The translations under genes were made by a program, and so were the position numbers. A stretch of DNA of 64,000 nt from Sphyrna mokarran (lineage: Eukaryota). Below the pieces are notes generated by a model, which saw only the letters and a list, made by a program, of their open reading frames with translations, was not told the origin of the DNA and searched no databases. Location: positions 112,840,001 through 112,904,000 of the forward strand of contig JAGIQG010000001.1 in assembly GCA_024679065.1 (NCBI GenBank). The letters run 5' to 3'. Shown piece after piece: positions 39,240-51,107 of the stretch (its first letter is position 1; the number at the start of each line of letters is the position of its first letter).

Positions 39240-41870
39240 TATCAAATATCATAACCAGGTTGATGGACTATTCCATGTCATGAGCCTCAATTTTGTTAAC
39301 CACTCTTTTATGTGGTACTTTGTCAAGTGCTTTCTTCAAGTCCATATAGATAATATCCACTGCATTCCCTTCATCAATCTTCTCCATTAGCTCATCAAAA
39401 AATTCAACCATTAGTCAAACATGTTTTCCTAATACAATTCGTGCTAGCTCTACTTAAGTAATTGGCTTGCTTCAAGTTCCTCTTTTTCCTATAATTATTG
39501 TTTTTAAAATCTTACTCATTACTTTTGCTAAAATAACTAGCATGCAGTCACTAAGAATGCCCTTACACCCTTTCTTGAACAAAAGTGTCAGATTTGCCTC
39601 CACTGTATTGAAGATTCTGGCACATCCTTCCACTATCTTCCCCTCCTGTTTTGTTTAGCAACTTGGGATGCAAGTCTTCCAGACCAGATAAATTATTCAT
39701 TCCAGCATTGACAAGATGGCTCTATCCCATCCAAAGTCTCTACTATATCTCCTGCCAATATTTTATTAGCATCCTCTTCCTGAGTAAACACAAATGCAAA
39801 GTGCTTATAACATAATGCAGCCTTGCTCTGCAACTCTAAAAATATATTATCTTCTTTGACACTATCCCACCCCCCAGCTCACCTCTTAACGACCTGTTTA
39901 GTTTCACGTGGTGGAAGATTATTTTTGGGTTATCTTTTATGTTAACTGCTATCTTATTTTCATATTCTCTCTCCATCAATTGTATTTTCACTTCCCCTCT
40001 CAACTTATTATATTTGACCTGCTTCTTGCTTGAAGAATTCAGCTGACATGTATCAGACCCCCTCTATTTTTGTTTCATGTTTTCCTTTTCCTTTCTCAAT
40101 AGTTGATAAAGAATACCTAGCCTCTACTTGGAACAGCTCTTATGCGAAGAATCCCATTCTGCTACAGCTTTTCATGTCAAACATTTGTTCTATTTTACCC
40201 TCTTCTCGTCCATCTTACAATTTAGATGTTCTATTTTAGATTTCTTCTTGTTCTTCCCCATTACTAATTTAAAGCTCCTGATAGGTCAATCATTTTTACC
40301 CAAGTGTTCCCCACAGACACTTGGCCCACTTCATTCCCTCATATCAGATACAGCAACGTGCCCATCCTGGCTGCACCAAGAATATACTGGTCTCAAGAGC
40401 ACATTTCAGAAATTCCTCCTTCTCTTTACCCTTTCCTCCAATATTTGGGTAATTGAAATACCCCAATATCATCACTCTAGAGATCTTGCAAAGCTTTGTG
40501 ATTTTCTTGCAGATTCTTCTTCTGTCTCCCTCTCACTACATGGAGGCCTACTGAATATCCCCACAAGCGTGATCAAATCCTTTCTGTTTCTCAACTCTAA
40601 CCAAATGGATCTTATTCTTGCTCCCTTAAAGATATCCTCTTTTCCAACACTACAATAATTTCCCTAATCTAATCTGTCCTGCCATCCCAAGTCCCTTTTC
40701 CTTTTGTATTTTTTCTGAACACTTTGTATCCATGATTAAGCCCCCCCAATCCTCTCTATTTTTAGCTATATTTCCATTACTGTGAATTAATAATATTCTC
40801 ACATAGCTGTTTTCATTTATGGTGCACCAACCTTATTTACCACTTGGTCTGGTTATAAACATGCATTATAAACCTGTCTTTATATTCCTCATAGTCATAG
40901 CATCATAAAGTACAGAAACAAGCCCTTTGGCCCACCATGTTTATGCTGACCATCAGATACCTTCTTAGTCTAGTCCTTTCTACTATATTTATTACTTTCT
41001 TCTCCAGTACTATTCAATATGCTTACTCTCTTATGTAACTTATTCCTTTTTTTGATTTCTATCCACTGGTGCTTTTACTCTGCCAATTTAGTTTATATTC
41101 TCCCCAACCACATGAGTGAACCTTGCTGCAAAGACAATGCTCCCAGTCCTACAGAGATGCAACTCATTTTGAATCAGTGCTTTTTGCTCTAAAACTAGTT
41201 CCAATGTCCTAAGAATCTGACCTCACTGATGCATGGCACTGGAAATAATCCACAGATTACTACCTTTGAGATCCTATTTTTTAATTTCCTCTTAGATCCT
41301 TAAAGTATAACCTTAGGACCTCAATGTCTGCCCTCTCTATGTCACTGGAGCTGACATCCCCTTCTGCTGCAGAATATTCTGCAACCTCTTTGTGATGTCC
41401 TTTCCCTTGACACCAGGGAGACAGCATTCCATGAGGAACTCATGGTGATGCTTACAGAAGCAGCTAACATTTCAATTATGGAATATCTTTTAATAACTGC
41501 ATTTTTACAAACTGCTGCTGCCCTCCACACATGCTCCTTCAACCATTTACACCCTTGCATCATTCCCAGTCGTTCACAGCGTTAAGTACTAGTTTGAGAG
41601 TGACACATATCCCAAGAATCCTGCACTTCCTGACCACCCACTGACTATTCTGAACTTCCACTGTGTGAAGGGTGACCATCTTCTGGAATATCCAATACAG
41701 GAAACCCTCAGCCCATCTGATGCTCCAGAGTGATTCCAGTGCTGCCCAACTCAGAAGTCCTGAGCTCAAACTTAATTAGCTGGAGGTGCTTTCCTACATA
41801 TGAAGTATCCTGAAGTTCCAACATGGTGCAGAAATTGCAGGCAACAGATCTCAGCTGCCCATCCATGATC
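39240..41870 (-). mobile_element. Decayed CR1 (ORF1 start, endonuclease, RT pieces)
   Basis: Reverse strand MDGQL..VAC..C.M ORF1-like start near 41860; VDIIYMDLKKALDKVPH near 39330. Confidence 0.7.
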
Positions 41871-42290
41871 TAAACACAATTCTTTTTCCTCTTTTAAAAC
41901 CTAGTTCATACCATGTTTAAACTAAATGTATCCATATAATTGACCTTGCTCATCTCTTTTCTGCACCCACTCGAAAGCCTTCACATTCTTTCCAAAGTGT
42001 GATGCCCAGAATTGGACAAAATACTTCAACTGAGGTGGAAGAAGTTTTTAGAGGGATTTCCCATAACTACTTTGTCTTTCGTAGTCTATGTTCTATTTTA
42101 ACCACTTGCTCAACCTGCGCTGCTATCTTCAATGATTTGTGCATGTATACCCCCATGTATCTGCTCCTGTACCATTTTAAAAAAAATTAATAAAACTCTC
42201 ATGTAAAATAGTAATTTATAGTACATACATTAAAAAATAATAATTTACATTTATTCTACACAAAATTAAGTAAAGTTTAAGAAATCATAC

Positions 42291-42396
42291 TTCACAGCAG
42301 CAAAATGCCTGACCGGAAGGTGTTTCTTCAATATGATGGACATGCCAGTAACGTTTTGACGTCCCATTACTATGTGCTTATGGCATCCAGCAAACA
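42291..42396 (-). CDS. MRPL1: MRPL1 coding exon 2 (VFAGCHKH...LPVRHFAAVK), mitochondrial presequence region
   Basis: Acceptor ttttag|, donor AA|GTATGA; RHFAA motif as in vertebrate MRPL1. Confidence 0.9.
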
Positions 42397-42916
42397 CTAA
42401 AATATAAGAAAAAGTATGAAAATTGTCAAAAATATTATGTTTAGCACATTGAAGATTTTTAGTTGATAAAGTGAAGAAAAATAGAAAAAACATTTTATAT
42501 TTCTTTATTCATATTTAGGTAAAGTCTTGAGAGCAAAATAATTTCTAATTTGCTGTAAATAAATTAATTTTTCTAAAATATGCCAGCCTTTGTCCAAAGT
42601 TCAGGCTTGGCAATTATCACTGTGTAAAAATACATTGCTTGAGAAATACATTTTGAAGCAAATGTATCTATGTAACTCCACAAAAAAATTGTGCTTTGTG
42701 TCACGCATTCTGATTAACTCAAGTTTCTTAGTGATCAAACTATCCAACTACAGCATTGGTGGAACTGTGTAAAAATACACAGTTAGAATAATGTGGTTTT
42801 AGTAAAGCTGTTTTCACATGTGAGCAATGGAGAACAAGCCCAGAATGGAGGTATAAAAATAAGACAGCCATTACAAATAATTTAAGAAGAATTTCTTTAC
42901 ATACGGCAATTCCATA

Positions 42917-43255
42917 TGGGCAGCACGGTGGCACAATTATTAACACTGCTGTCTCTCAGCACCAGGGACCCAGGTTTGATTCCAATCTTTAGTGACTATC
43001 TGTGTGGAGTTTGTATGTTTACCCTGTGTCTCTATGGGTTTCTTCCTGGTGCGCTGGTTTCCTATCACAGTGCAAATTAGGTGGATTGGCCATGTTAAAT
43101 TGCCTTTTAGAGTCCCAAAATATGCACGTCAGGGGAATTGGCGGGCAAATACATGGGGTTACAGGGATATGGCAGGAGACAGGTCTGCGTAAGATGCTGT
43201 GTCAGAGAGTCAATGCAGATTCGATGGGCTATGATCTCCTGCGTTGTAGGTATTC
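42917..43255 (+). mobile_element. tRNA-derived SINE
   Basis: GGGCAGCACGGTGGCAC head, B box and V-like core. Confidence 0.85.
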
Positions 43256-43359
43256 TGAGTGAAACCTGCTGCCAAAGGAGTGGCTGAACAGATAGTAATG
43301 GTGTATAGGGAGATAACATCCTGTTCTCCCATTAGCCCCTGTGCTTACTGATCTGATGG

Positions 43360-43740
43360 ACATTGGTTCCTGATTCAGCAATTATTTTAAATTCTCATCC
43401 TTGTTCTCAAATCCCTTCATGGCCTTATCCCTCCCTATCTCTGTTTTCTCTTCTAGCTTCTCAACCCTTTGAGAGATCTGCACTGCCCTAATTTTGGCCT
43501 CTTGTGCATTCCTGATTTTGTGTTTCATCGTTAATGATTGTGGCTTTAGTTGTTGAGGTCCTAATCTCTGGAAGCCCTTCCTGAACCTTTCCACTTTGCT
43601 TTCCTCTTGTAAAACACTGCTTAAAACCTACCACTTTGTCTTAATATTTCTTTAAGTACTCAGAGTTGATGAATAATACTCCTATGAAGTGCCTTCACAG
43701 TTGTGATTATAACAAAGGTATGTAATTATATGTTGCTATT
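43360..43740 (+). mobile_element. L2 LINE 3' end
   Basis: FKILILV.KSLHGLIPPYL reading with an L2-type tail; similar piece at 57850-58170. Confidence 0.65.
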
Positions 43741-43741
43741 C

Positions 43742-44042
43742 ATAGAATCATACACTGCAGAAAGAGCCCATCAAGTTTGCACCACCACAATCTCGCCCAC
43801 GCCTATCCTCATAACCCTGTATATTTACTCTAGGTAATCCACCTGACTCGAAGTGGCAACTTATCACAGCCAATCCACCTAACCTGCATATCTTTAGACT
43901 GTGGGAGAAAACTGGAACACCCGGAGGAAACACATGCAGGCATGGGGAGAATGTGCAAACTCCACACAAACAATGACCAAGCTGGGAATTGAAGCCAGGT
44001 CCCTGACACTGTGAGGCAACAGTGCTAACACTGTGCTGCCCA
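43742..44042 (-). mobile_element. tRNA-derived SINE
   Basis: Reverse strand GGGCAGCACAGTGTTAGCACTG head and GGCTTCAATTCCC B box. Confidence 0.85.
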
Positions 44043-44247
44043 TACAGGCTGCTCTCTACTTTGTGTGTGAGAGCTGACTGGTGGTGATTGCCACACCTCA
44101 GATGAAGAGAATGGTTGAGAAGACAGGCTTTCATGAATAACCTCAGCTGATACGGGAATTGAACCCTCACTGTTCATATCCTTCTGCATCTAGAATCAGC
44201 CGTCTAGCCAACTGAGTTAAACCAATTCTCCTGTAGTGGGATGTGGA

Positions 44248-44975
44248 CACAGTAAGAAGTCTCACAACATCAGGTTAAAGTCCAACAGATTTATTTGGTA
44301 GCAAACACCCCTAGCTTTTGAAGCACTGCTCCTTCGTGAAGTGAATGGGAGTTCTGTTCACAAACAGGTCATAATAAAGACAAAAACTCAATTTACAGAA
44401 TGATTGGAACGCGAGTCTTTATAGCTAATCAAGTCTTAAAGATACAGACAATGTGAGTGGAGAGAGCGTTAAGCACAGGTTAAAGAGATGTGTTTTGTCT
44501 CCAGACAGAACAGTTAGTGAGATTTTGCACATCAGACGAGTTGTGGGGTTACAGATAGTGTGACATGAACCCAAGATCCCAGCAGAGGCCATCCTCATGT
44601 GTGCAGAACTTGGTTATCACCGGGTTCACGCACAATCTGTAATTGCCATGACTTGCCTGGACTTGCAAAATCTCAGGAACTGTCCTGTCTGAAGACAATA
44701 CACATCTCTTTAACCTGTGCTTAACGCTCTGTCCACTCACATTGCCTGTACCTTTAAGACTTGATTACCTGTAAAGACTCACATTCCAATCATTCTGTAA
44801 ATTGAGTTTGTGTCTTTATACGACCTGTTTGTGAACAGAACTCCCACTCATCTGACGAAGGAGCAGTGTTTCGAAAGCCAGTGGCGTTCGCTACCAAATA
44901 AACCTGTTGGACTTTAATCTGGTGTTGTGAGACTTCTTACTGTGTTTATCCCAATCCAACACCGGCATCTCCATA
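44248..44975. mobile_element. Inverted pair of Penelope pLTRs (family of 2091-3828)
   Basis: 44248-44535 is the reverse complement of 44655-44944; both match 3540-3828. Confidence 0.9.
44847..44884 (+). ncRNA. Minimal hammerhead-ribozyme motif, both core boxes intact, cleavage triplet altered
   Basis: CTCAT-CTGACGA(44852)-A-GGAGC-AGT-GTTTC-GAAA(44873)-GCCA-GTGG; triplet is CCA where the sister copy has CTA. Confidence 0.55.
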
Positions 44976-45859
44976 TCGTGGAATATGTTAGAATTGGTGA
45001 TAAAGGTACAAGTAGACATAGATAGTGTACAAACATCAGAATAGAGTAGGTGGGAAAACTGGGCTGCTTCCATCCTGTGAACAGCAGCAAAATGTGTCTA
45101 TCAAATAAAAGTCTTACATCCAAAATATTGTGTCTATGTTTGGTAGGTTCTTAGATGCAAAGTATTTTAGTTGACTCCAATTTCCTAACAATCAACACTT
45201 AAAATCAAAAAGTAAAATTTCTAAACTCACTTCAATTGTCAACTTGCACCTTTTGTTTTTTTGATCAGCCAAGAATTCAGTCATCCACAGACCAAACGAG
45301 ATAGAAGCCCCCATAGATGGAAAAGTTGGACAGGTAGCAAGGATGCTTGTTCTTGGCATGGAGCTAATATTAATAAGCCACATTTATTGTTCACCACAAG
45401 ATGACTTGAGACGGCCTTCAAATAAGAACTGAGTGGCTAATGAGACTTTAGAGGGCATTAGGGATCAACCAAATATTATGGGACTGGAATCATATGTGGT
45501 CTCAGAACAGGCAGGAATGAAAGTTTTCATTCTCTGAAGTATAAAATGAATCAATTGGGGTTTCACAGTAAGCTGACAGTTATCATTGTCATTTTCCTGG
45601 TTGCTGTTCACAAATAACTAGATTTACTGAAGTTAGTTCAGTTTGTCATGGTGGATTGATGATCTCTGGATTGCAAGTCCAGTAACATTATTCTTACATA
45701 TCCAAGATGAAGTTAGGAAAGTTTAAGTGTAGGGATCTCCTAATTATTAGTTTCACAGAATTTGGCAGCACATGGAAGCCATTCAACCAACTGCAACTTT
45801 GGCAGCTCTCTAAAGGAACTATCCAATTAGTCTTGTCATGCCCTGTCCGTTACAGTGTA

Positions 45860-46500
45860 TTTTTTCCCCAGTATTGATGACACACTCATTGCCCCTGCCT
45901 ATTGGGTTGATAACACACTCTTCCCCCTCTCCTTCCTTGGGTTGATAACACACTCTCCCTCTCTCTGCTGGGATGATACCACTAACACTCTCTGCCTTCC
46001 TTCCCCTGGGATAACACACACACATACTCTCTTTCTCTCCCCTTTCCCTCCTGTAAGGGTGCTAACACACATACTCTGTCTCTCCCTTCCCTCCCGCAGG
46101 ATGATAACATCTGAACTCTCTTTCTATCTTCCTCTAGGATGATAATGCTCTCTCCTTACCCTCTCTCCTCTGCCTTGGGATGATAACACACACTCTCTCC
46201 ACTACCCTGGTACAATAATGCACTCACTCTCTCCACTGCCCTGGGATAATAACACATTCACTCTCTCCTCTCCCGTGGGATGATAACACACACACTCACT
46301 CTACATCTGAACTCCCTATCTTTCCTCCAGGATGTTAACACACTCATTCTTTCCTCTGCCTTGGGATAACGTACTCACTTTCTCCTCCTCCCTGTGATGA
46401 TAACACTCACACTCTCCCCCCCCACCCCCGCAACCAAAATGATAATACGATCCTTCCCTCTCCTCCCCCCAGAAATAATAACGCACTTTCTACCACTCCT
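45860..46500. repeat. Degenerate ~35-45-bp minisatellite (consensus like GGGATGATAACACACTCTCTCCTCTGCCCT)
   Basis: More than a dozen recurrences of GATAAC/GATAAT followed by CT-rich tracts. Confidence 0.85.
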
Positions 46501-46504
46501 CGTA

Positions 46505-46815
46505 GAATGAGCATTGCTGCCTCACAGGGACCCAGGTTCAATTTCAGCCTCAGGTCACTATTTGTGTGAAATCTGCACATTCCCCCCGTATCTGCGTAGG
46601 TTTCCTCCAGGTGCTCCAGCTTCCTTCCATAGTCTGAAAGGTGCGCTGGTTAGGTGGATTGGCCATACTAAATTGTCCCTTAGTGTTGGGGGGTGGGGTG
46701 GTAAACGCATGGGATTATGAAGCTAGGATCTGGGGAGGAGAGAATAAATGGGATAGTAGAGGGGGTGCAGACTCTATGGGCCCAATGGGCTCCTTCTGCA
46801 CTGTAGGGATTTTAT
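46505..46815 (+). mobile_element. tRNA-derived SINE
   Basis: gcctcacagggacccaggttcaatt head and ctgcactgtagggatt tail. Confidence 0.8.
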
Positions 46816-46889
46816 GATGCTAGTAAACCTCCTCCAGAGGTGACACCTACATTCCCTACGCCCCCCACCCCCCCTATGTAATAGGATTG

Positions 46890-47170
46890 TTTATTGACGT
46901 CACAAAGAGCGAACAAAGGGGCAAGTGACGTCACTGACTGACCTCGAGCCGCCGCCGTTGCCATGCTGCTGGTTCCTGAGTGTTCCGATCATTCACCGGG
47001 TCCCCCGATCTGCGCACTCCCAAACATCAGTTCCGATCTGCTTTCGAGCGGGTTTCCAACGGACCGCGAATATTTCACACTCTGGTCGCGAAAAAAAAAA
47101 TCAACCCTCACTGTTGATCAGACTGAGTTAGAGAATTCATGGTGGAATCACTTCCAGTGTGGCGGGGAAG
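46890..47170 (-). promoter_or_regulatory. MRPL1 CpG-rich promoter / exon-1 region with two perfect CRE palindromes
   Basis: Local CpG enrichment in a CpG-depleted background; TGACGTCA at 46895-46902 and 46926-46933; TCGCGAAAA E2F-like motif near 47085. Confidence 0.75.
46943..46964 (-). CDS. MRPL1: MRPL1 coding exon 1 (MATAAAR + G)
   Basis: AGC-ATG-G strong Kozak context in a CpG-rich patch; donor G|GTCAGT; phase 1 joins exon 2 in frame. Confidence 0.85.
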
Positions 47171-47554
47171 CATGTGAAACATAAATTATTTTTGTTCAAA
47201 ATGTCGAAGGAAACCTCATTTTGTTTGCAGTTCCAGAAATAATTCCAGATAACTAATCTGCTTGCATCATTGCTACTACCACAGATACATCAAGATCAAG
47301 GCCTGCAGTTTTGTAAAATGATATTAAAACTGAAAATGTACAAATGCCAAATCAGAAAGAGGGAACACGTTGGAGCAGCCCGGAGATTGTGTTCAGAAAG
47401 GCAAGGGGAGGATGATCAACTCTTTTGAAATAAAGTAAGAGGCATTTTAGAACAAGAGCGGGGTTTCTGATTTCCAGAACATCTAGGGAAAGGGGGAATG
47501 GTAGTTGAACGGATGTGTACTGACAGCTGAGAAAAAAAACAGGCAATTGGGGTC

Positions 47555-47690
47555 TAAAAGCAAAATACAGCGGATGATGGACTTTGAAGCAAAAACAGAA
47601 AATGCTGGAAAATCTCAGCAGGTCTGACGGCATCTGTGGAAAGAGAATAGAGCTAAAGTTTTGAGTCTAAGTAACCCTTCGTCAGAGCTA
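47555..47690 (-). mobile_element. Penelope-derived short repeat with a hammerhead-like motif
   Basis: Minus strand AGCT-CTGACGA-AGGGTT..GACTC-AAAACTTT-AGCT followed by cagatgccgtcagacctgctgagattttccagc. Confidence 0.6.
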
Positions 47691-49430
47691 GCTAGCAATT
47701 AAGGGTCTCCTGGATTCAGTTTCCCATGGGCTGTTCTCGAAATAAATGGGTGGGGGAACATTCCTTTATGGCTACAAGACAGTCAAAATAAGGGACAATC
47801 CCTTGAAATAGAGGACAGTTGGTGACCCCAAAAAGGCATAAGCTGTAAGATAACAAGTCTGATAAAGAGTGGAACTAAAGATTCTGCTACCAATGGTGAA
47901 CAAGATAAAAGGGATATTGCAAACACTTGAATCAGCATGTCAAACAGTGGCGGCTGGATCACAGCCATTTTTTCATTGACCTGTCAAAAGTTGGCCAATT
48001 GTGCCCCCAAATAGAAATGTGGCTCGGGGGTTGGGTTTGTGGACCAGAAAGAGAAAGAAAAGTGGTTTGTGGGGTGATTGAATTAGGCAAAAGCTAAAAT
48101 TTCCCAATGGCAGGAATTGAGATACAGAGATTAAAGCAATGGCATGTTATGGTATGTCAGGCCTCACACCACCCTGTAGAGGAAGTTTGTTCTTGAAATA
48201 CAATAGCAAGCCATGGATTCTCATTAGTGTAACACTTTATTAAATACTTCAAAATCGGCAGTATACAAGGGTCTTGTAGGTCCTGGTTCACATTTGTTTC
48301 AAGATGCAATAGTCACTTTTGTGCAATTGTGTTTGAGGTCAGTGGTTTTTCTTGTTGCATTCTAGGATAAACAGAGGAGATCAGGAGAATGGTAACGTAA
48401 ATACAGGACGCTTGGGACCAACAAACGTGAGTCAGTGGTGAGGGCAGGGATTATGGAATAGCGTCAGGAGCATGAAGGAGTGGTTGGAGGATCCAAGGGA
48501 GGATAAAAGATGGGTCAAGCTTACAGAAGAATGGCAGAGCAAAGGACCTGGCATCTTAGATGTGGTGGTGGGAAACGGGAGAGGATTGCAGTCAGTCAAG
48601 GTAAGAAAATGAGGCGCCCAAAAAGTGGTCCATCTCAAAGTGTTTGCTGGTACAGACCTTATAGGTTTTTGAGTTAATCTACAATATTTCACTTACCCTG
48701 GGTGAGTGGGATCTTGGCCAATGTCCTTTATAATATAAAAAAAGGAGGGCCAGCTGAACCTGCAAGTTCAGCCATCCCAGAAGGCACAAAAAAAATCATT
48801 TTGGACCAGTATTCTTATTCCCTGTTTTACTGGTGTTCCATTTTAAAGTATACATGTTCAATCCAATATTCTTACTTCGCCGTTTTACTGTTTTTACTTT
48901 CTGTGATAACCCATGAAGTGAAGAGTACAACATTGGACACTACCATGAACATTCAATAGGAACGAATGCAAAAACACATCGTTGTTTGTTCCACAATAAA
49001 TAAATTCCCTCACTCCTCTGTAAGCATGCATGCCAACTATGAGGTGTGTCAATACATTTAGCTCTCCAGCTAGGCTAGTCTCAACAGATGATGATGATAC
49101 ACATATGAAAAAATGAAATATTTGCAAGTGAAATTTGAATTTGAAAAATACCTTTGTTCTCTCATGTTAATTGAAATTAAGTTGGACAGCAAAGTTGTGC
49201 TCTTTTGTAGCCCACTCTTACTTGTGCCTTGACCAATAAAGGAAAGCAAGCCATATGTCTTCTTAACTACATTCTGCCAACCTTTAAGATCTGTGGGCAT
49301 ATAGTACAAGATAGTACTTCCACGGTACTCATTATGCAAAAATTTATTGTGGATTTGCTTCCCTGTTCTACTTCCCCAAATGCAATATTTGACATTTCTT
49401 AGGACTGAAATATATTTTCCACTTAGATAG

Positions 49431-49475
49431 TGAACAGGAAATAGATAGAAAGATCATGTATCTATTTCCTGTTCA
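49431..49475. repeat. Perfect 17-bp inverted repeat with 11-nt spacer
   Basis: TGAACAGGAAATAGATA (49431-49447) / TATCTATTTCCTGTTCA (49459-49475). Confidence 0.95.
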
Positions 49476-49647
49476 ACATTGTTAACTACATGGTTGGTGT
49501 TGGGTTGGCCAGTGCCCAGACTCATGGGTTGCTGGGAGGGAGTGAGGGGTCAGGGATGGATAACCTCACGGACTATCTCTCTCTCTCTCTTTTCCATCCA
49601 TCCACCCTCCATGCCCCTGCCCCCCCCCCACCCCCTTGAGAGCAAAT

Positions 49648-50740
49648 ATGAGCCAATAGAGCTAATGCTTATTGTGGCTGCTGCGGTAGAAGAGGAGATG
49701 GTTGCCCATGGTAAGGATAATCCAGGCTAGATGCTGCAACAGGAGATCAGGAGGCCACCGGCCAGGATCAAGATGCAGCTGCCCATCAGCTGGAAGGGGG
49801 TAGGGGGAAACAGAGGATGGCAAAGATGGAGACCCAGTGTGTACAGGACAGATGTATCCTTTAATGAGCTGCAGGACATAGTGTGCTATCACAGGGTCCA
49901 GCTCAGCAGGAAGACAGTATGCACTTGGCACCTCATAGGGCAGAAAGACACTCACTCCCTTTGGTGTAAAGATCATGTCAACTTCTATGCCACTAGGTCC
50001 TTCCAGGCTTTTGTGGAATCTTGCAGTCCCTGCACATCAAGTGCATCTGAGAGGTTACAAAATGCCCTGCATGCCTGAGCAGGCAATTACATCCATTTTG
50101 ATGATGCCAGGCCCAACAGGATGCCCAGATTGTAGGCTTCACCGGATACCCCTTGGGGTTCCCTTTATCAATTGAAAGAGGTTCCATTCACTCAACATTC
50201 AGATAGTGTATGAATATCATGTGCATGCCACCTGGGGAGCCTGCATAATAGTTTATCCTGCAGAGTTTGAACATCTCCAGAGCCTTGGAGGACCAGCTCA
50301 GGCTGCTGGGATAGCTCATGGAGATCAAGGACTACCCACTATTGTCATGGCTAATAATGCCACTGGGGAAGCCCCGGACCAATGCAGAGACCTTCCACAA
50401 TGAGGTCCATGCTGCTACCATCCATTGCCAAGTGGTGCATTGGGCTCCTAAAAATGCCATTCCGCTGCCTGGACCACTCTGGTGGTGCTCTCCAGTACAG
50501 ACTCTGCGGGTCTCCACATTGTGCTGGTCTGCTGTGCACCATAAAAGCTGGCACAGCAATGGGGAGGCATTCTGGATAAAGAGGATGAGGACCAGGTGCA
50601 CACCCTGAGAGGAGGAGGCCCAGGAGGATGTAGAGGATGAGAATGAGAAGGAGCCGGAGGATGGAGGAGAGGTGGCCACAAGGGTCTGGCCAGGCAGGAC
50701 AACAAGGGAGGCCCTCATCATCACAAGATTCTCTGACCAG
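49648..50740 (+). pseudogene. Harbinger (HARBI1-like, DDE_Tnp_4) transposase relic
   Basis: Across frameshifts: NFYAT.SFQ, KRFHSLNIQIV, GDQG/YPLLSWL.MP, HNEVHAAT, IGLLKM.FRCLDHSGGALQY, acidic tail. Confidence 0.85.
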
Positions 50741-51107
50741 GAGGTGTGGTGTACCTCAACTCCCAGTCGCATCCTCTTCCCTCCACTAATCCCTTGTCCA
50801 CATCTCCTGCAATGGGTCTCATTGACATCACACCACATCGATGGGCCCGGGTTGGCCGTGTTAGCAAGTTACTGGTCCAAGCAGAAGGGTGGTGATGACT
50901 TGCCATGTGGCACACTATGATGTTGCTCTGGTGCAACAAATGTTTGTCTCTTTTCTGTTCTCTGGCTGCACACTGGCATCCTGGATTATTTCCTGCAAAA
51001 AAAGACACATGGTTCAATGCAAGGGAGTGACAAGTATCTGGGCAGAATGCAATTTACTTGAGATAGGTCGTATGAATGAAGATTCTGTGACTCCTCACTT
51101 CTGTTAC

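Larger units (their letters stand above)
13557..46964 (-). other. MRPL1: Gene model: mitochondrial ribosomal protein L1 (uL1m), 9 coding exons, 972-nt CDS, 323 aa
   Basis: Spliced translation MATAAARVFAGCHKH...RHFAAVKPSK...EPVDDVY...LKKFQQLDFTYPRQPVYIDLRLDM...NKVLVFTE...[27 protein letters not shown]...DIPQMIEVFQTGHE...IGTLDMPREHIAAN...VCTHRPVSFGPFVERAIICSATSESLLFNVEPFLP...NN* matches my recollection of vertebrate MRPL1 along its length. Exon lengths 22+106+268+84+72+112+101+82+125; all introns GT..AG with matching phases. Confidence 0.96.

Noticed and set aside
40128-40658. 176-aa plus-strand ORF
   Set aside because: Antisense to a decayed CR1 endonuclease region; no domain or splice support.
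45860-46500. Regularly recurring GATAAC motif with variable intervening sequence (CRISPR-like)
   Set aside because: The intervening parts are homologous CT-rich degenerate units rather than unique spacers, and there are no cas genes; it is a minisatellite.
50332-50838. 168-aa minus-strand ORF
   Set aside because: Antisense shadow of the GC-rich Harbinger transposase and its acidic tail.
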